From NCBI GenBank assembly GCA_030432035.1, contig JAUIHO010000001.1:74-64073 (forward strand): a DNA stretch of 64,000 nt, in the 5' to 3' direction. Shown one piece after another: positions 19,315 through 29,063 of this stretch (the first letter of the stretch is position 1; every line of letters starts with the position of its first letter). Below the pieces are notes generated by a model. The model saw only the letters and a program-made list of their open reading frames with translations. It did not search any database and was not told where the DNA came from. Position numbers and translations under genes: made by a program. The DNA comes from Phycisphaerae bacterium (GTDB lineage: Bacteria > Planctomycetota > Phycisphaerae > UBA1845 > UTPLA1).

Positions 19315-19794
19315 TCAGTATGATGCGCCCGCTTTGCGAACATGCACGTAGGGTTCTAGCAGTCGCTCGGGTACTTCGGCATCTTGCACGACGCCAAAAT
19401 AAATATGGTGATCGCCGGCGGTATAGCGACCGTCGAGGCGGCAATCCATCCAGCCGACCTGATCGGGAATCACCACGCCGTGCGGTACATCCTGCGTAGC
19501 CAAACCGGAAAACGCTTCTTCGTCCGGTTCAAAGCCGCGACCGAAGTGCTTAAACATTTGCCCCGGTTGTTCACCCAACACGTTAATCACGAAGCCGTCG
19601 GCCTCTTCGATCAGCTTTTCGATCGGTCGCCCCTTCTTCACGCCGACGCTGATCATCGGCGGTTCAAACGAACTTTGTTGCACCCACGATGCCAACATGC
19701 CCGTTCGGTTCATGTCGGTACGCACCGTGAGGATGGCACAACCACTGGGAATTCGACTGAGCGCTTGGGAAATTTCCGGCAGCATGTCGGCCAT
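19315..19794 (-). CDS. flavin reductase-like FMN-binding domain protein
   Basis: 159-aa ORF. The segment 'GMLASWVQQSSFEPPMISVGV' and the overall size match the flavin reductase-like domain. Confidence 0.7.
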   Translation of the reverse strand: MADMLPEISQALSRIPSGCAILTVRTDMNRTGMLASWVQQSSFEPPMISVGVKKGRPIEKLIEEADGFVINVLGEQPGQMFKHFGRGFEPDEEAFSGLATQDVPHGVVIPDQVGWMDCRLDGRYTAGDHHIYFGVVQDAEVPERLLEPYVHVRKAGASY

Positions 19795-19837
19795 CTGAGC
19801 CCCTCCGAGCGGACGGCATGCCGTCCGATATCTTTCG

Positions 19838-20149
19838 TTACTTGTTCACTTCGCGACCGAGCAGGGTCTCGATCTTGTCCACTTTGCCGGTCAGGCGACC
19901 GCCCTCTCCCGCACGCGCGTCGATCTTGACCGAGCATGTGATGCGTTCGCAATCTTCGGACATGCGCTGGTAGCACTGTCGAATGACGGCCATGACGTCG
20001 TCCCATTCGCCTTCGATGCACGTGCCCATCGGCCCCAAACGATACGGCAAACCCGAGTCGGCAACGATATCGATGCTACGGGCAACGTATTTCGAAACGG
20101 ATACACCCTTATCGAGAGGCGACATCGAAAATTCGACCAGGACGGACAT
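19838..20149 (-). CDS. MTH1187/YkoF-family (DUF77) protein
   Basis: The segments 'VLVEFSMSPLDKG.SVSKYVA' and 'LGPMGTCIEGEWDDVM' are typical of the family. The start is at the internal ATG (MSVLVEF). Confidence 0.75.
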   Translation of the reverse strand: MSVLVEFSMSPLDKGVSVSKYVARSIDIVADSGLPYRLGPMGTCIEGEWDDVMAVIRQCYQRMSEDCERITCSVKIDARAGEGGRLTGKVDKIETLLGREVNK

Positions 20150-20314
20150 GAGCGCACCTACTGAATCGCGAACGAGACATGCAATTCTAACAGCGCAATC
20201 AAAAATCTGCGAAGCCGCCGCCATTGCCTAAAAAAACGAGTAAAGCGCGTCGGTCGATACCCGTACGCCGCCGGCGCTGCTTCCAACGGCGCGGGTTGGC
20301 TTCATAATGCGGCA

Positions 20315-21826
20315 ATGCAGGAAGCAAAGCCACGACACTCTCCCATCGCCGCGCTCGCGGGCGTGCTTTTTTTGGCGCTGGCCGTGCGTCTGCTAGTCGC
20401 AATGCCGACCGCCTGCATCAGCAAGGACGGCACTTGGTTTATCGAAATGGCGCACAAGCTCGCCGACGAGCCGGTGCGACATATGCAAATCGAAACGAAA
20501 CAGCCCGGGTTGTCGTGGGTGTATCTCGCCGTCGGTCGCGTGACGGGGCATATGTCGGCCGCGACGACGCCGGTCGAATGGCAAAGCCTCGGCGTATGGA
20601 TCGCGGTGCTCTGCGGTGCGGGTGTTTGTGGATTGATTTTCGAATTCGCGCGGCGGTTGTTCGACGCGCAGACGGCGCTGATTGCCGGGCTGTTCGCCGC
20701 CGTGTGGCCGCAAGGCGTTGAGCTGTCTGCCGACGCGCTCTCCGATATGCCGCACCTGTTGTTGTATCTCGGCGTGTTGTTGCTCGCTGCTTCCAACGGC
20801 GCGACGGCAAGCAAGCGTGCACTGCCTTACGTCGGTTTGATTGCGGCAGGATTGATCGGTGGGCTTGCGTACTGGATTCGGTTGGAAGCGATCGGATTGA
20901 TGCCGGCTGTGGTTTGTTGGCTGCTTCTCGTGTCGAAGCAAACGTGGAAAACACGGATCGGGCGATGTGCATGTTTCGCGCTCGGGTTTCTGATTCCGTT
21001 TTTCGCGTTTGCCGCACTCACCGGGCGATTGCTGTTTGTTAAAACACCGACAATTACGATGATCGAACCCGACGCATTGCCGCATGCTTGGCAATGGGCG
21101 CATATGTTTCCATTCTGGCAGACGCCGGGGCGCACTGTTGAAGCGTGGGCCAAGAGCGGGCGCTACATCTTCGCCATCTTCTTTTTCGTAGCCGTGCTTT
21201 GGAAAGCCGTGCCGCGCGGTGAGAATCATCTGAAAAGACTGTGCGCGTGGCTGATCGGATGGCATCTGTTACTAGTCATAGCGCGAGTGTCGATGCACGG
21301 CGAGTTGAGTACGCGGTACCTCGTGATACCGGCAGCACTGACGATACCGTGGGCGGCGGCGGGATTTGTGGGATTGATACGTGTGTTAGCGGCGCGGCAA
21401 AATCCCGCGAACCCAAACTGCGTCCGACTATATTTGATCGCAGGCTTTGTATTGGTCGCGGCGCCGATGGTTCCCTACTTGTTGCGACCGATCAACAGCA
21501 CGCGCATGCCTTATCGTGAAGCGGGACTGTGGCTGGCCGAACGCGCTGCGGCAGATGACGTCATTATTGCGAGCGATGTGGATCTAAAGCAGGCCCAATT
21601 CTATGCGGGGCGGATGTATCCCAATGATGAGAAGTGGCGAGTTGGAAGCATCGACACGCTTGCGAACAACGACATTCCTCATTTGTGGATTACATTTATC
21701 GAAGCGAAGGAAACAAGCGACGGGCCAACGGCGACACCGACCGACGCAGGCGCGTTCGACAAAACCTTCACCGACGAGAATCGACCAAATGGAAAGCAGA
21801 TCGGCGTGCGGCGAATCCGTCGTTAA
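20315..21826 (+). CDS. GT-C fold glycosyltransferase (ArnT/PMT, GT39-like) membrane protein
   Basis: 503-aa ORF with about 11 TM helices and an N-terminal loop 'KDGTWFIEMAHKLAD'. The C-terminal domain is soluble. The call rests on topology and motif only. Confidence 0.55.
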   Translation: MQEAKPRHSPIAALAGVLFLALAVRLLVAMPTACISKDGTWFIEMAHKLADEPVRHMQIETKQPGLSWVYLAVGRVTGHMSAATTPVEWQSLGVWIAVLCGAGVCGLIFEFARRLFDAQTALIAGLFAAVWPQGVELSADALSDMPHLLLYLGVLLLAASNGATASKRALPYVGLIAAGLIGGLAYWIRLEAIGLMPAVVCWLLLVSKQTWKTRIGRCACFALGFLIPFFAFAALTGRLLFVKTPTITMIEPDALPHAWQWAHMFPFWQTPGRTVEAWAKSGRYIFAIFFFVAVLWKAVPRGENHLKRLCAWLIGWHLLLVIARVSMHGELSTRYLVIPAALTIPWAAAGFVGLIRVLAARQNPANPNCVRLYLIAGFVLVAAPMVPYLLRPINSTRMPYREAGLWLAERAAADDVIIASDVDLKQAQFYAGRMYPNDEKWRVGSIDTLANNDIPHLWITFIEAKETSDGPTATPTDAGAFDKTFTDENRPNGKQIGVRRIRR

Positions 21827-22329
21827 TTCAGGGGCTGCAGATACTTCGTTAGCATGATTTGCTTGATGGCGCTTTCGATTGCTTCCAAGACGGCGGGTGA
21901 ACCGTCGGCCGTATCGCCCGGTTGAAAATCCGCCGCAGCCAGCCAGCTTCCGACAGCAGTTTGACATGCCGTGGGAAAAATCAACAGCACGAGATGTTGT
22001 GGTTGTAACGTGGGCGCGTGTGCGAGTTGCATCTCAATCTTGCATGGCGGAGGTGTATCATCGGCGTAGCCTGAAAGCGCTTGATAGTCTGCTTCTGCCG
22101 CGTCGCGCTGCTGCCGCATGAATACCATACAGTCGCGTTTTTTCAACGCTTCAACGGAAATACCCACGAGTTCCAGCCGCCCATCTTCGGCGACGCGATG
22201 AATGCGATAGAGTTCGAGCGATTCACTTTCTGCGTTTTCGATGAGCGCAAGGGCTTCGTCGACGGCGAGGCCTTCGTGGCGTTCGCCGCCGCAATGAATC
22301 ACAAATTGGCCCGATTTTACCTTACGCAT
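21823..22329 (-). CDS. hypothetical protein
   Basis: 168-aa ORF located 18 nt downstream of tyrS. It makes a 4-bp tail-to-tail overlap with the GT-C gene. No motif was recognised. Confidence 0.4.
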   Translation of the reverse strand: MRKVKSGQFVIHCGGERHEGLAVDEALALIENAESESLELYRIHRVAEDGRLELVGISVEALKKRDCMVFMRQQRDAAEADYQALSGYADDTPPPCKIEMQLAHAPTLQPQHLVLLIFPTACQTAVGSWLAAADFQPGDTADGSPAVLEAIESAIKQIMLTKYLQPLN

Positions 22330-22347
22330 TCAGCATCCGCTCTTCGC

Positions 22348-23592
22348 TCAATTCCCCTTCGGCATTAGCTTTACGGCTTGGCGCTTGCCGCGGCGTAGCA
22401 CGTCGCCTTCTTTGATCGCAATCGGCTCTTGCTCGGCAGCCAAAGCGTCGTCGTTTAACTTAATCCCGCCTTGCGACATCAGGCGGCGCGCTTCGCTTTT
22501 GCTCTTGGCGAAGCCACATGTCACGACGAGCCCCGCGCGATCGAACATCAGTTCATCCCCATCGACGCTATCTGCTGTGACGGCCATCTCATCAATATCG
22601 TCACGCAACTCGCCCTCGCGCATCACTTTTTGCCAAAGCTGTTCTTCCTCGTCGGCCTTGGCTGCGTCGTAGTACGTCGACACGATTTGCTTGGCTAGGC
22701 GAACTTTGGCATCGCGAGGGTGCGTCTTGCTGCTATCGACAATCTGCTTAATCTCTTCCGCCGGAATCTCCGTCAGCAGCGTGTACCATTCCTGCATTTG
22801 CTCGTCGGCGATGCGCATCGTCTTGCCGAACATATCCTGCGAGTTTTCCGTCACGCCGATGTAGTTGCCGAGCGACTTGCTCATCTTGTCGTGACCGTCG
22901 AGCCCACGAAGAATCGGCATCACGATCACGATCTGCCGCGGCTTGTTGTACTTCGCCATCAGGTCACGTCCGAGCAGGTTATTAAACGTCTGGTCGGTGC
23001 CGCCCAATTCCACATCCGCGTCGATCGCGACCGAGTCGTAGCCTTGCATTAGCGGATACATCAGCTCGGTCATAATGATATCCACTTCACTCTTCATGCG
23101 CTCCTTGAAGTTTTCGCGCTGCAGCATCTGTGCGACCGTGATATGACTGGTTAGTCGCAGGATATCGGCCAAGCCCAACTTCGATAAAAACGTGCTGTTG
23201 TAAACGACTTCCAACTTGGCCGGGTCGGTATCGAGCACGTGGCCGGCCTGCTGAAAGTACGTCTCCGCGTTGGCCTTGATCGTCTCCTCATCGAGCGCCG
23301 GCCGCGCCTTGGTCTTACCACTCGGGTCGCCGATGCGCGCGGTGAAGTCGCCAATAATCAACACGGCTTTGTGCCCGCAGTCTTGAAACTGTCGCAGCTT
23401 GCGCAGCACTACCGTATGCCCTAGGTGAATGTCCGGTGCCGTCGGGTCGAGGCCCAACTTCACGCGCAACGGTCGCCCCGCCGCCGCCGCTTTTTGCAGC
23501 CGCTTGTGCAGGTCGTCTTTTGTGTACACCTCCGCAGCACCGCGGAGCAGTAAATCCATCTGATCGTCAATACTTAGCGTCGTCGTACTCAT
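22348..23592 (-). CDS. tyrS: tyrosine--tRNA ligase
   Basis: It has the HIGH motif 'HLGH', 'GDFTARIGDPSGK', 'KMSKS', and a C-terminal S4-like domain. Confidence 0.9.
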   Translation of the reverse strand: MSTTTLSIDDQMDLLLRGAAEVYTKDDLHKRLQKAAAAGRPLRVKLGLDPTAPDIHLGHTVVLRKLRQFQDCGHKAVLIIGDFTARIGDPSGKTKARPALDEETIKANAETYFQQAGHVLDTDPAKLEVVYNSTFLSKLGLADILRLTSHITVAQMLQRENFKERMKSEVDIIMTELMYPLMQGYDSVAIDADVELGGTDQTFNNLLGRDLMAKYNKPRQIVIVMPILRGLDGHDKMSKSLGNYIGVTENSQDMFGKTMRIADEQMQEWYTLLTEIPAEEIKQIVDSSKTHPRDAKVRLAKQIVSTYYDAAKADEEEQLWQKVMREGELRDDIDEMAVTADSVDGDELMFDRAGLVVTCGFAKSKSEARRLMSQGGIKLNDDALAAEQEPIAIKEGDVLRRGKRQAVKLMPKGN

Positions 23593-23711
23593 CGAAATCG
23601 TGTTCCCGAAAAAAGTTTGCCGCAGTATAAGCGCTCGCCATGAATCCGGTGAGTAGCAGCGGCTGGTATGTTGGTGGGGACGGCTTGGCGTTGCCGAGAT
23701 GTTCGCGGTGC

Positions 23712-24851
23712 TTACGCCTGCTTCAACAAATCGCGGATCATACGGTCATAGATCGACACGCCCGTCGGAATGACGTCGTCGGCGAAGTAATAATCGGGTT
23801 GGTGAAGGCCGGGTGCGTGTTCGCCGATGCCGAGGCCGAAAAAGTTGATCGGGCAGACCGACGCGAAGTGCCCGAAATCTTCCGACCAACGGAACGGCCT
23901 CTCATGTGCCTGGGCAGCGACGCCCAGCGACTCGCATGCCGTGGCGAGATGTTCCACCAGATTCGGGTCGTTGACGGTCTCGGGGAAGTGGTCGCGCCAG
24001 CAAAGTTCCACATTTAGCCCGCACTGTTGGGCGCATTCGTAAACGATCTTCTCCGAATCGGCGCGCAGTTGATTCAAATCCGTCGCCGAGGCGGTTCGCA
24101 ACGTAGCGTAAATGACGGCCTGCCCCGGCGTGCTGCCGAAGGAAGGTTGGCCGAGCGCCGCATGGGTGATCGTTACCAAGCGCGGGCCGCGCTCGCCACG
24201 CTTATCCGTGAGCTTCGGTAGCATGGAAAGGATGTCGCGCAAGCAGCCCATCGGCGACAGCGCGTTTTCCGGATGGGCGGCGTGCGACGCTTGGCCGCGC
24301 AGGAAGATCTCCATACCGATCGACGTGCACGCAAACGTGCCCGCTCGATACACGACCTGCCCCAGCGGAAAGCCGGGTAAGTTGTGTATTCCAATCGCCA
24401 TGTCGGGGCGGATTTCGCTGAAGCGCGGATCGGCAATCACGCGCAGTGCCCCTTCACCCGTTTCCTCTGCGGGTTGAAATAGCAACACCAATCTTCCGCT
24501 TGCCGGTCGATCGTGACTAAAGAGTGGCGCAAGGCCGGCGACCATCGCCATGTGACCGTCGTGACCGCACAGATGCGCACAGTCGGCCATCATGTCGCCA
24601 AGCGGCGCGTTGTCTTTGGCTTCGAGTTGCAGCGCGTCGAGTTCGCAACGAACGAGCACGGTCGGGCCGACAGCGTGACCGTTGAAGATGGCCGCGACGC
24701 CCCAACCGCCGATGTTTTGCAGAAGGTGATCGGGTTTGTAGGCACGAAGGAATGTCGCGATGACGTTGGCGGTGCGTATCTCATTGCCCGCCGCTTCGGG
24801 ACATTGATGCAGTGTGCGCCGCAACGTCTCGAGCATAGCGTTTAACATCAT
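23712..24851 (-). CDS. M20 family amidohydrolase (aminoacylase/hippurate hydrolase-like)
   Basis: The motifs 'LHQCPE', 'AHLCGHDGH' and 'FQPAEE' are present. Size (379 aa) fits the family. Confidence 0.8.
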   Translation of the reverse strand: MMLNAMLETLRRTLHQCPEAAGNEIRTANVIATFLRAYKPDHLLQNIGGWGVAAIFNGHAVGPTVLVRCELDALQLEAKDNAPLGDMMADCAHLCGHDGHMAMVAGLAPLFSHDRPASGRLVLLFQPAEETGEGALRVIADPRFSEIRPDMAIGIHNLPGFPLGQVVYRAGTFACTSIGMEIFLRGQASHAAHPENALSPMGCLRDILSMLPKLTDKRGERGPRLVTITHAALGQPSFGSTPGQAVIYATLRTASATDLNQLRADSEKIVYECAQQCGLNVELCWRDHFPETVNDPNLVEHLATACESLGVAAQAHERPFRWSEDFGHFASVCPINFFGLGIGEHAPGLHQPDYYFADDVIPTGVSIYDRMIRDLLKQA

Positions 24852-24984
24852 GGCTGCATCCCCCCTTGAGCGTCTCGCGGTCGCTCACCCATTTAAACGT
24901 ACCTTATATTACGCCGCGCAACGGCGTGTCAGGTTAACAGGCAGTTGTGAACGTCTGTTTATATGACCTAGACTTGATCGGTGC

Positions 24985-26319
24985 TTACGACGCCGGGCTT
25001 TCGTCCGATTTTCGGCGACTGGCAATGGCTACTTGGCCGGATAACAACACGATGGCCAATAAGTTTGGAATCGTCATGATGCCGTTGAGCAAATCGCCCC
25101 ACGCCCAAATAGCCTTGGTGCCAGCCGCCGCACCACCCAAGATCGCCAAGCAATACAACGCGCGATACGGCTTGCGCACCGACGGGCCGAACAAATACGT
25201 CGCGCATTGTTCGCCGTAGAACGACCACGATATGAGCGTGGTTAGACCGAATAACAGCGATGATACGGTAACCACCGGCGTGCCGTAATCACCCAGCGCC
25301 TGTCCAAACGCCCCCGCCACGGCGGCGGTGGAATCGTCGCCACCTTGCCAAGCCCCGGTGACCAGCAGAACCAAACCGGTCGCGCTGGCAACGACTAATG
25401 TATCGAGAAACACGCCCAACATGGCGATGCGCGCTTGTAGGGCGGGGTCTTTGGTTTTGGCGGAAGCATGCGCAATCGGCACTGAGCCGGTGCCGGCCTC
25501 GTTGGAATACACACCGCGCGCGAGGCCGTATCGAAAGGCTTGTTGCACACCAAAGCCCGCCGCACCACCGACGCCTGCCATCGGCGTAAACGCATACTTG
25601 AAAACCTGTTCCAAGGCGGCGGGAATTTCTTTCGCAAAGACCACCAACACGATGCCTGAGGCGACGAGATAGATCACGCCCATAAACGGCGTTACGAATT
25701 CCGACACGCGACCGATGGTTTTGATACCGCCGAGAATCACGGCACCCGTTAGCAGCGCGACGAGAATGCACGAGTACAACGGTTTCATATTGAACTGGGC
25801 TTCTAATGCCGAGGCGATCGAATTGCTTTGAATCGTCGTCGTGGCGAGCATGGTCTTGGCCGCTAAGCCGAAGGCAAAGAACGCCGCGACCCATTTCCAG
25901 TGCGGCCCGAGACCGTCGCGCATGTAATACATCGGTCCGCCGACGAAGAGTTGGTCCGTGCCCTTCTTGCGATACTTCACGCCCAAATACGATTCGGCGT
26001 ACATCGTCCCCATGCCCAATACGCCGGAGACCCACATCCAAAACAATGCGCCCGGTCCGCCCGACACAATTGCCGTGGCTACGCCTGCAATGTTGCCGTT
26101 GCCGACGATGCCGCCGACGGCGGTTGTTAACGCCGCGATGGGCGAGACGTCGCCGTCGGCGTCGTCGCGTTGACGGTTAAATAGCGAACCAAACGCGCGG
26201 AAGAAATCGCGAATCTGCACGGCACCCAGCCGCACGAAAAACAACACGCCAGCCCCCACCAGCATATATAACACGTAGGGCACCAATTTATCGCTTGCTT
26301 CCTTGATGTATTCCGTCAC
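24985..26319 (-). CDS. alanine/glycine:cation symporter (AGCS family)
   Basis: 444-aa ORF with about 11 TM helices. The motifs 'GGPGALFWMW' and 'SNEAGTGS' are present. Confidence 0.85.
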   Translation of the reverse strand: MTEYIKEASDKLVPYVLYMLVGAGVLFFVRLGAVQIRDFFRAFGSLFNRQRDDADGDVSPIAALTTAVGGIVGNGNIAGVATAIVSGGPGALFWMWVSGVLGMGTMYAESYLGVKYRKKGTDQLFVGGPMYYMRDGLGPHWKWVAAFFAFGLAAKTMLATTTIQSNSIASALEAQFNMKPLYSCILVALLTGAVILGGIKTIGRVSEFVTPFMGVIYLVASGIVLVVFAKEIPAALEQVFKYAFTPMAGVGGAAGFGVQQAFRYGLARGVYSNEAGTGSVPIAHASAKTKDPALQARIAMLGVFLDTLVVASATGLVLLVTGAWQGGDDSTAAVAGAFGQALGDYGTPVVTVSSLLFGLTTLISWSFYGEQCATYLFGPSVRKPYRALYCLAILGGAAAGTKAIWAWGDLLNGIMTIPNLLAIVLLSGQVAIASRRKSDESPAS

Positions 26320-26340
26320 GACGTCGGCTCTCCTTCCGCT

Positions 26341-27855
26341 TTATTTGCTATCGCGTTTTCGAAACACAGCCTTGTCGATGCCGTATTGCTTGAGCTTGCG
26401 CAGCAACGTGCGCCGGCTGATGTCGGCCAACTCGGCGGCTTGGTTCATTCGACCGCGACATTGACGTAAGCATGCCTCTAGATAGTCGCGCTCAATGCGC
26501 TCGACGCTGGGGCGCAGATTTTCTTCGAGCGTTTTGCTTAAATCGATCTCGCCGCGCGGTGAGGCTGTTGCATCTGCTGAGGAATCTTCTGTTGTCGTTT
26601 CGCTAGGCTGAGCAGCCCTGCGAGTTTCCGCTCGCTTACCACGTTGAAACGGCAGCAGCTTTTCGAAGTGATCGGCCGTGACCTGCTCGTCGTGCATGTG
26701 GGTCAACACCATGCGTTCGGTGAAGTTTTCGAGCTGGCGCACGTTGCCGGGCCAGTCGTAGGCCAACAGTCGATCGAGAAACAAATCGCTGACTTCCGGG
26801 CGTGGCACGTCGTACTGACGCGAGAAGTCGCGCGAGAAATGGCTGAACAAAAAGATGATGTCTTCCGGACGCTCGCGCAACGGCGGAATCTCCAACCGAA
26901 TCACATCGAGCCTGAAGAATAAGTCCTGGCGAAACTTATTCGCTTCGACTTGCGCTTCCAAACGATTGCTCGTCGCCGCGATGATGCGGACATCGACCGA
27001 CACCTCCGTATGCGCGCCGACGGGGCGCACCGTTCCTTCTTGTAATGTGCGAAGCAATCGATGTTGCGCTGCCGGTGCGATGTGACCGATCTCATCGAGC
27101 ATGAGCGTGCCACCGTCGGCGTGCCGAAACAGACCCTCTTTATCGCGAAGGGCGCCGGTGAATGCACCTTCGACGTGGCCGAATAGTTCCGAGTCGATCA
27201 GTTGCTCGGAAACAGCGGCGCAGTTCATCGCGACGAAACGACCTTTGCGTTTGGACAATCGATGAATCGCGCGGGCGAGCAGTTCCTTACCCGTGCCGGT
27301 CTCGCCAAGGATGAGCACAGCGGCCGACGTGCCGGCGATGCGAGAGACGACATCGAACATGTCCCACATGCGGCGGCTGCGCGACAGCATGCCTTCGAAG
27401 ACGGCGGCGCGATCGCGCTCGTAGCCGATCTTGGCTGCACGCGGCATCAATTGTTGCGACTCGATCACATTGAGAATGCCGCGGGCGCAGATATCCGGGG
27501 AGCCGGTGAGGAAGACGTCTTTCGCCCCGGCTTGCAGCGCCGTGCGTACAAAGTTGGTGTCGGCGCCGTGGCCCCAAACGATGATGTCGACCAGCGGCCA
27601 CGTCTCGCGGAGACGGCGAATGGCAACGCCGACATCGTGCTCGGCGAAGGCTTTTTCGCTCAGAACGATGGCGCGGGCGTCGCGCGTCAGCTTCGGTGAC
27701 AACAGCGTGGCCAGGGAAAGCTCGGTTTCGACCTGCAATTCGAGTTCGGCCAGCGGATCGGCCAGCCGAGGACAATCGACGAGGATTACTAACGATTGGG
27801 TTGCGGATGGTTCCGCCATACGGGACACCGTAGTCACTTTCATATTTTGAGTCAA
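26341..27855 (-). CDS. sigma-54-dependent transcriptional activator (NtrC-family EBP) with an atypical receiver-like N-domain
   Basis: The AAA+ core has 'GETGTGKE', the sigma-54 contact loop 'GAFTGA', and 'ATS/R-finger' regions. A C-terminal Fis-type HTH is present ('AAELADISRRTLLRKLKQYGI'). The N-domain lacks an obvious phospho-acceptor Asp context. Confidence 0.9.
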   Translation of the reverse strand: MTQNMKVTTVSRMAEPSATQSLVILVDCPRLADPLAELELQVETELSLATLLSPKLTRDARAIVLSEKAFAEHDVGVAIRRLRETWPLVDIIVWGHGADTNFVRTALQAGAKDVFLTGSPDICARGILNVIESQQLMPRAAKIGYERDRAAVFEGMLSRSRRMWDMFDVVSRIAGTSAAVLILGETGTGKELLARAIHRLSKRKGRFVAMNCAAVSEQLIDSELFGHVEGAFTGALRDKEGLFRHADGGTLMLDEIGHIAPAAQHRLLRTLQEGTVRPVGAHTEVSVDVRIIAATSNRLEAQVEANKFRQDLFFRLDVIRLEIPPLRERPEDIIFLFSHFSRDFSRQYDVPRPEVSDLFLDRLLAYDWPGNVRQLENFTERMVLTHMHDEQVTADHFEKLLPFQRGKRAETRRAAQPSETTTEDSSADATASPRGEIDLSKTLEENLRPSVERIERDYLEACLRQCRGRMNQAAELADISRRTLLRKLKQYGIDKAVFRKRDSK

Positions 27856-27927
27856 ATTGTTTACATTTTTTGAGTCCCATCTGTCTCATTTATGGGTACC
27901 AGAGCTCGATTTCCTAGGGTTTCCGGA

Positions 27928-27942
27928 TGGCACGTCGCTTGC
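27928..27942 (+). promoter_or_regulatory. sigma-54 (-24/-12) promoter upstream of argC
   Basis: Exact TGGCAC-N5-TTGC (TGGCACgtcgcTTGC). It lies 13 nt upstream of GGAGG (27955-27959), which is 6 nt before the in-frame GTG at 27966. The EBP gene is divergent, 72 nt away. Confidence 0.6.
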
Positions 27943-27965
27943 GTTATGCCCCTCGGAGGTTAATT

Positions 27966-29063
27966 GTGATCGATTTTTATCGTACTCAAGGATTCGACAT
28001 CCCCGATCAGCCGCTCAAGGCCGGGATTTTTGGTGCCAGCGGCACGACAGGCGTCGAAACGGCCCGTTTGCTGGCCGGTCACCCGTGTTTCGAGCTGGTT
28101 TTTGCCACTTCTCGCGAGTTTGCCGGTCAGAGCCTACGCGTGGTTGATCCGGCGGCCCCCGACTTTGAATTGATCGCCCCCGAGGCGGTCATGCTGGATG
28201 GCGTCGATGTCATCTTCACCTGCCTGCCGCATGGTCACTCGGCACAATGCGTCGAGATGTGTCACGAGGCCGGGCCGGTCGTCGTCGATCTATCCGGCGA
28301 CTTGCGACTGCGCGACGCGGCATTGCATGACAAAACCTATGGGTCGGAACGCAATCAGGACTTAATTGACCGCTGCGTTTACGGCCTGACGGAAACCTTG
28401 CGCGAGCAGTTGGCTGGCGCGAAGATCGTTTCCAACCCCGGTTGCTATCCGACTTGCGTCGGGCTCGGCATCTTTCCGTTGGCACAAGCCGGCAAACTCA
28501 ACGGCACGATCGTGGCCAACGCCGTCTCGGGCGTGTCGGGTGCCGGTCGCAAGGCCAACGCGACGACGCACTTCTGCTCGGCATATGGCGATGTGCGCCC
28601 ATACAACGTGGGCCGCAAACATCGACACGTTGCGGAGATGGAACAAAGCCTTGCCGACTGGATGGCTGCAGACGCCGGCAATATCAATCTGATTTTCAAC
28701 CCACACCTCGTGCCGCTCGAGCGAGGCATGTTGGCGACGATGGTCGTGGAACTTCCGGGCATGTCGCTCGACGAGGTTTACGAGCTATACGCGGAGCGCT
28801 ACGACGCCGAACCCTTTATCGACTTGTTGCCAGCGGGCGAGACCGCTCGCATTCGCACAGTCGCGAACACCAACTTGGTTTCGATCGGTTTGGCCGAAGC
28901 GGGCGAGGGGCACTTCGTTATTACTTCCGCGATTGACAACGTATTGAAAGGTGCTGCGGGTCAGGCGCTGCAGAACGCCAATTTGGTTTTCGGCTTGCCG
29001 GAAACGCTGGGTTTGGGCGCGACGGTCGCGGCACCTATGAAAGAAATGGCAGGGGCACAGTGA
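27966..29063 (+). CDS. argC: N-acetyl-gamma-glutamyl-phosphate reductase
   Basis: The motifs 'GIFGASGTTG' and the catalytic 'SNPGCYPT' are present. I moved the start from the ORF-track ATG 27927 to GTG 27966. The reasons are the GGAGG Shine-Dalgarno sequence, and that the sigma-54 promoter lies inside the longer ORF. Confidence 0.85.
   Translation: MIDFYRTQGFDIPDQPLKAGIFGASGTTGVETARLLAGHPCFELVFATSREFAGQSLRVVDPAAPDFELIAPEAVMLDGVDVIFTCLPHGHSAQCVEMCHEAGPVVVDLSGDLRLRDAALHDKTYGSERNQDLIDRCVYGLTETLREQLAGAKIVSNPGCYPTCVGLGIFPLAQAGKLNGTIVANAVSGVSGAGRKANATTHFCSAYGDVRPYNVGRKHRHVAEMEQSLADWMAADAGNINLIFNPHLVPLERGMLATMVVELPGMSLDEVYELYAERYDAEPFIDLLPAGETARIRTVANTNLVSIGLAEAGEGHFVITSAIDNVLKGAAGQALQNANLVFGLPETLGLGATVAAPMKEMAGAQ

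Noticed and set aside
20150-20314. A check for a TPP/thiamine riboswitch upstream of the YkoF/MTH1187-like gene.
   Set aside because: No CUGAGA/ACCUGA core elements are found on the relevant strand.
20393-21265. 290-aa and overlapping 170/192-aa ORFs on the minus strand.
   Set aside because: They are antisense to the GT-C membrane protein gene and have an Arg/Pro-rich translation. The + strand ORF has coherent TM topology.
27927-27965. The ATG at 27927 as the argC start (ORF-track start).
   Set aside because: It would place the sigma-54 -24/-12 element and the GGAGG inside the coding region. It would also add an Arg-rich, non-conserved 13-aa leader. The GTG at 27966 is preferred.
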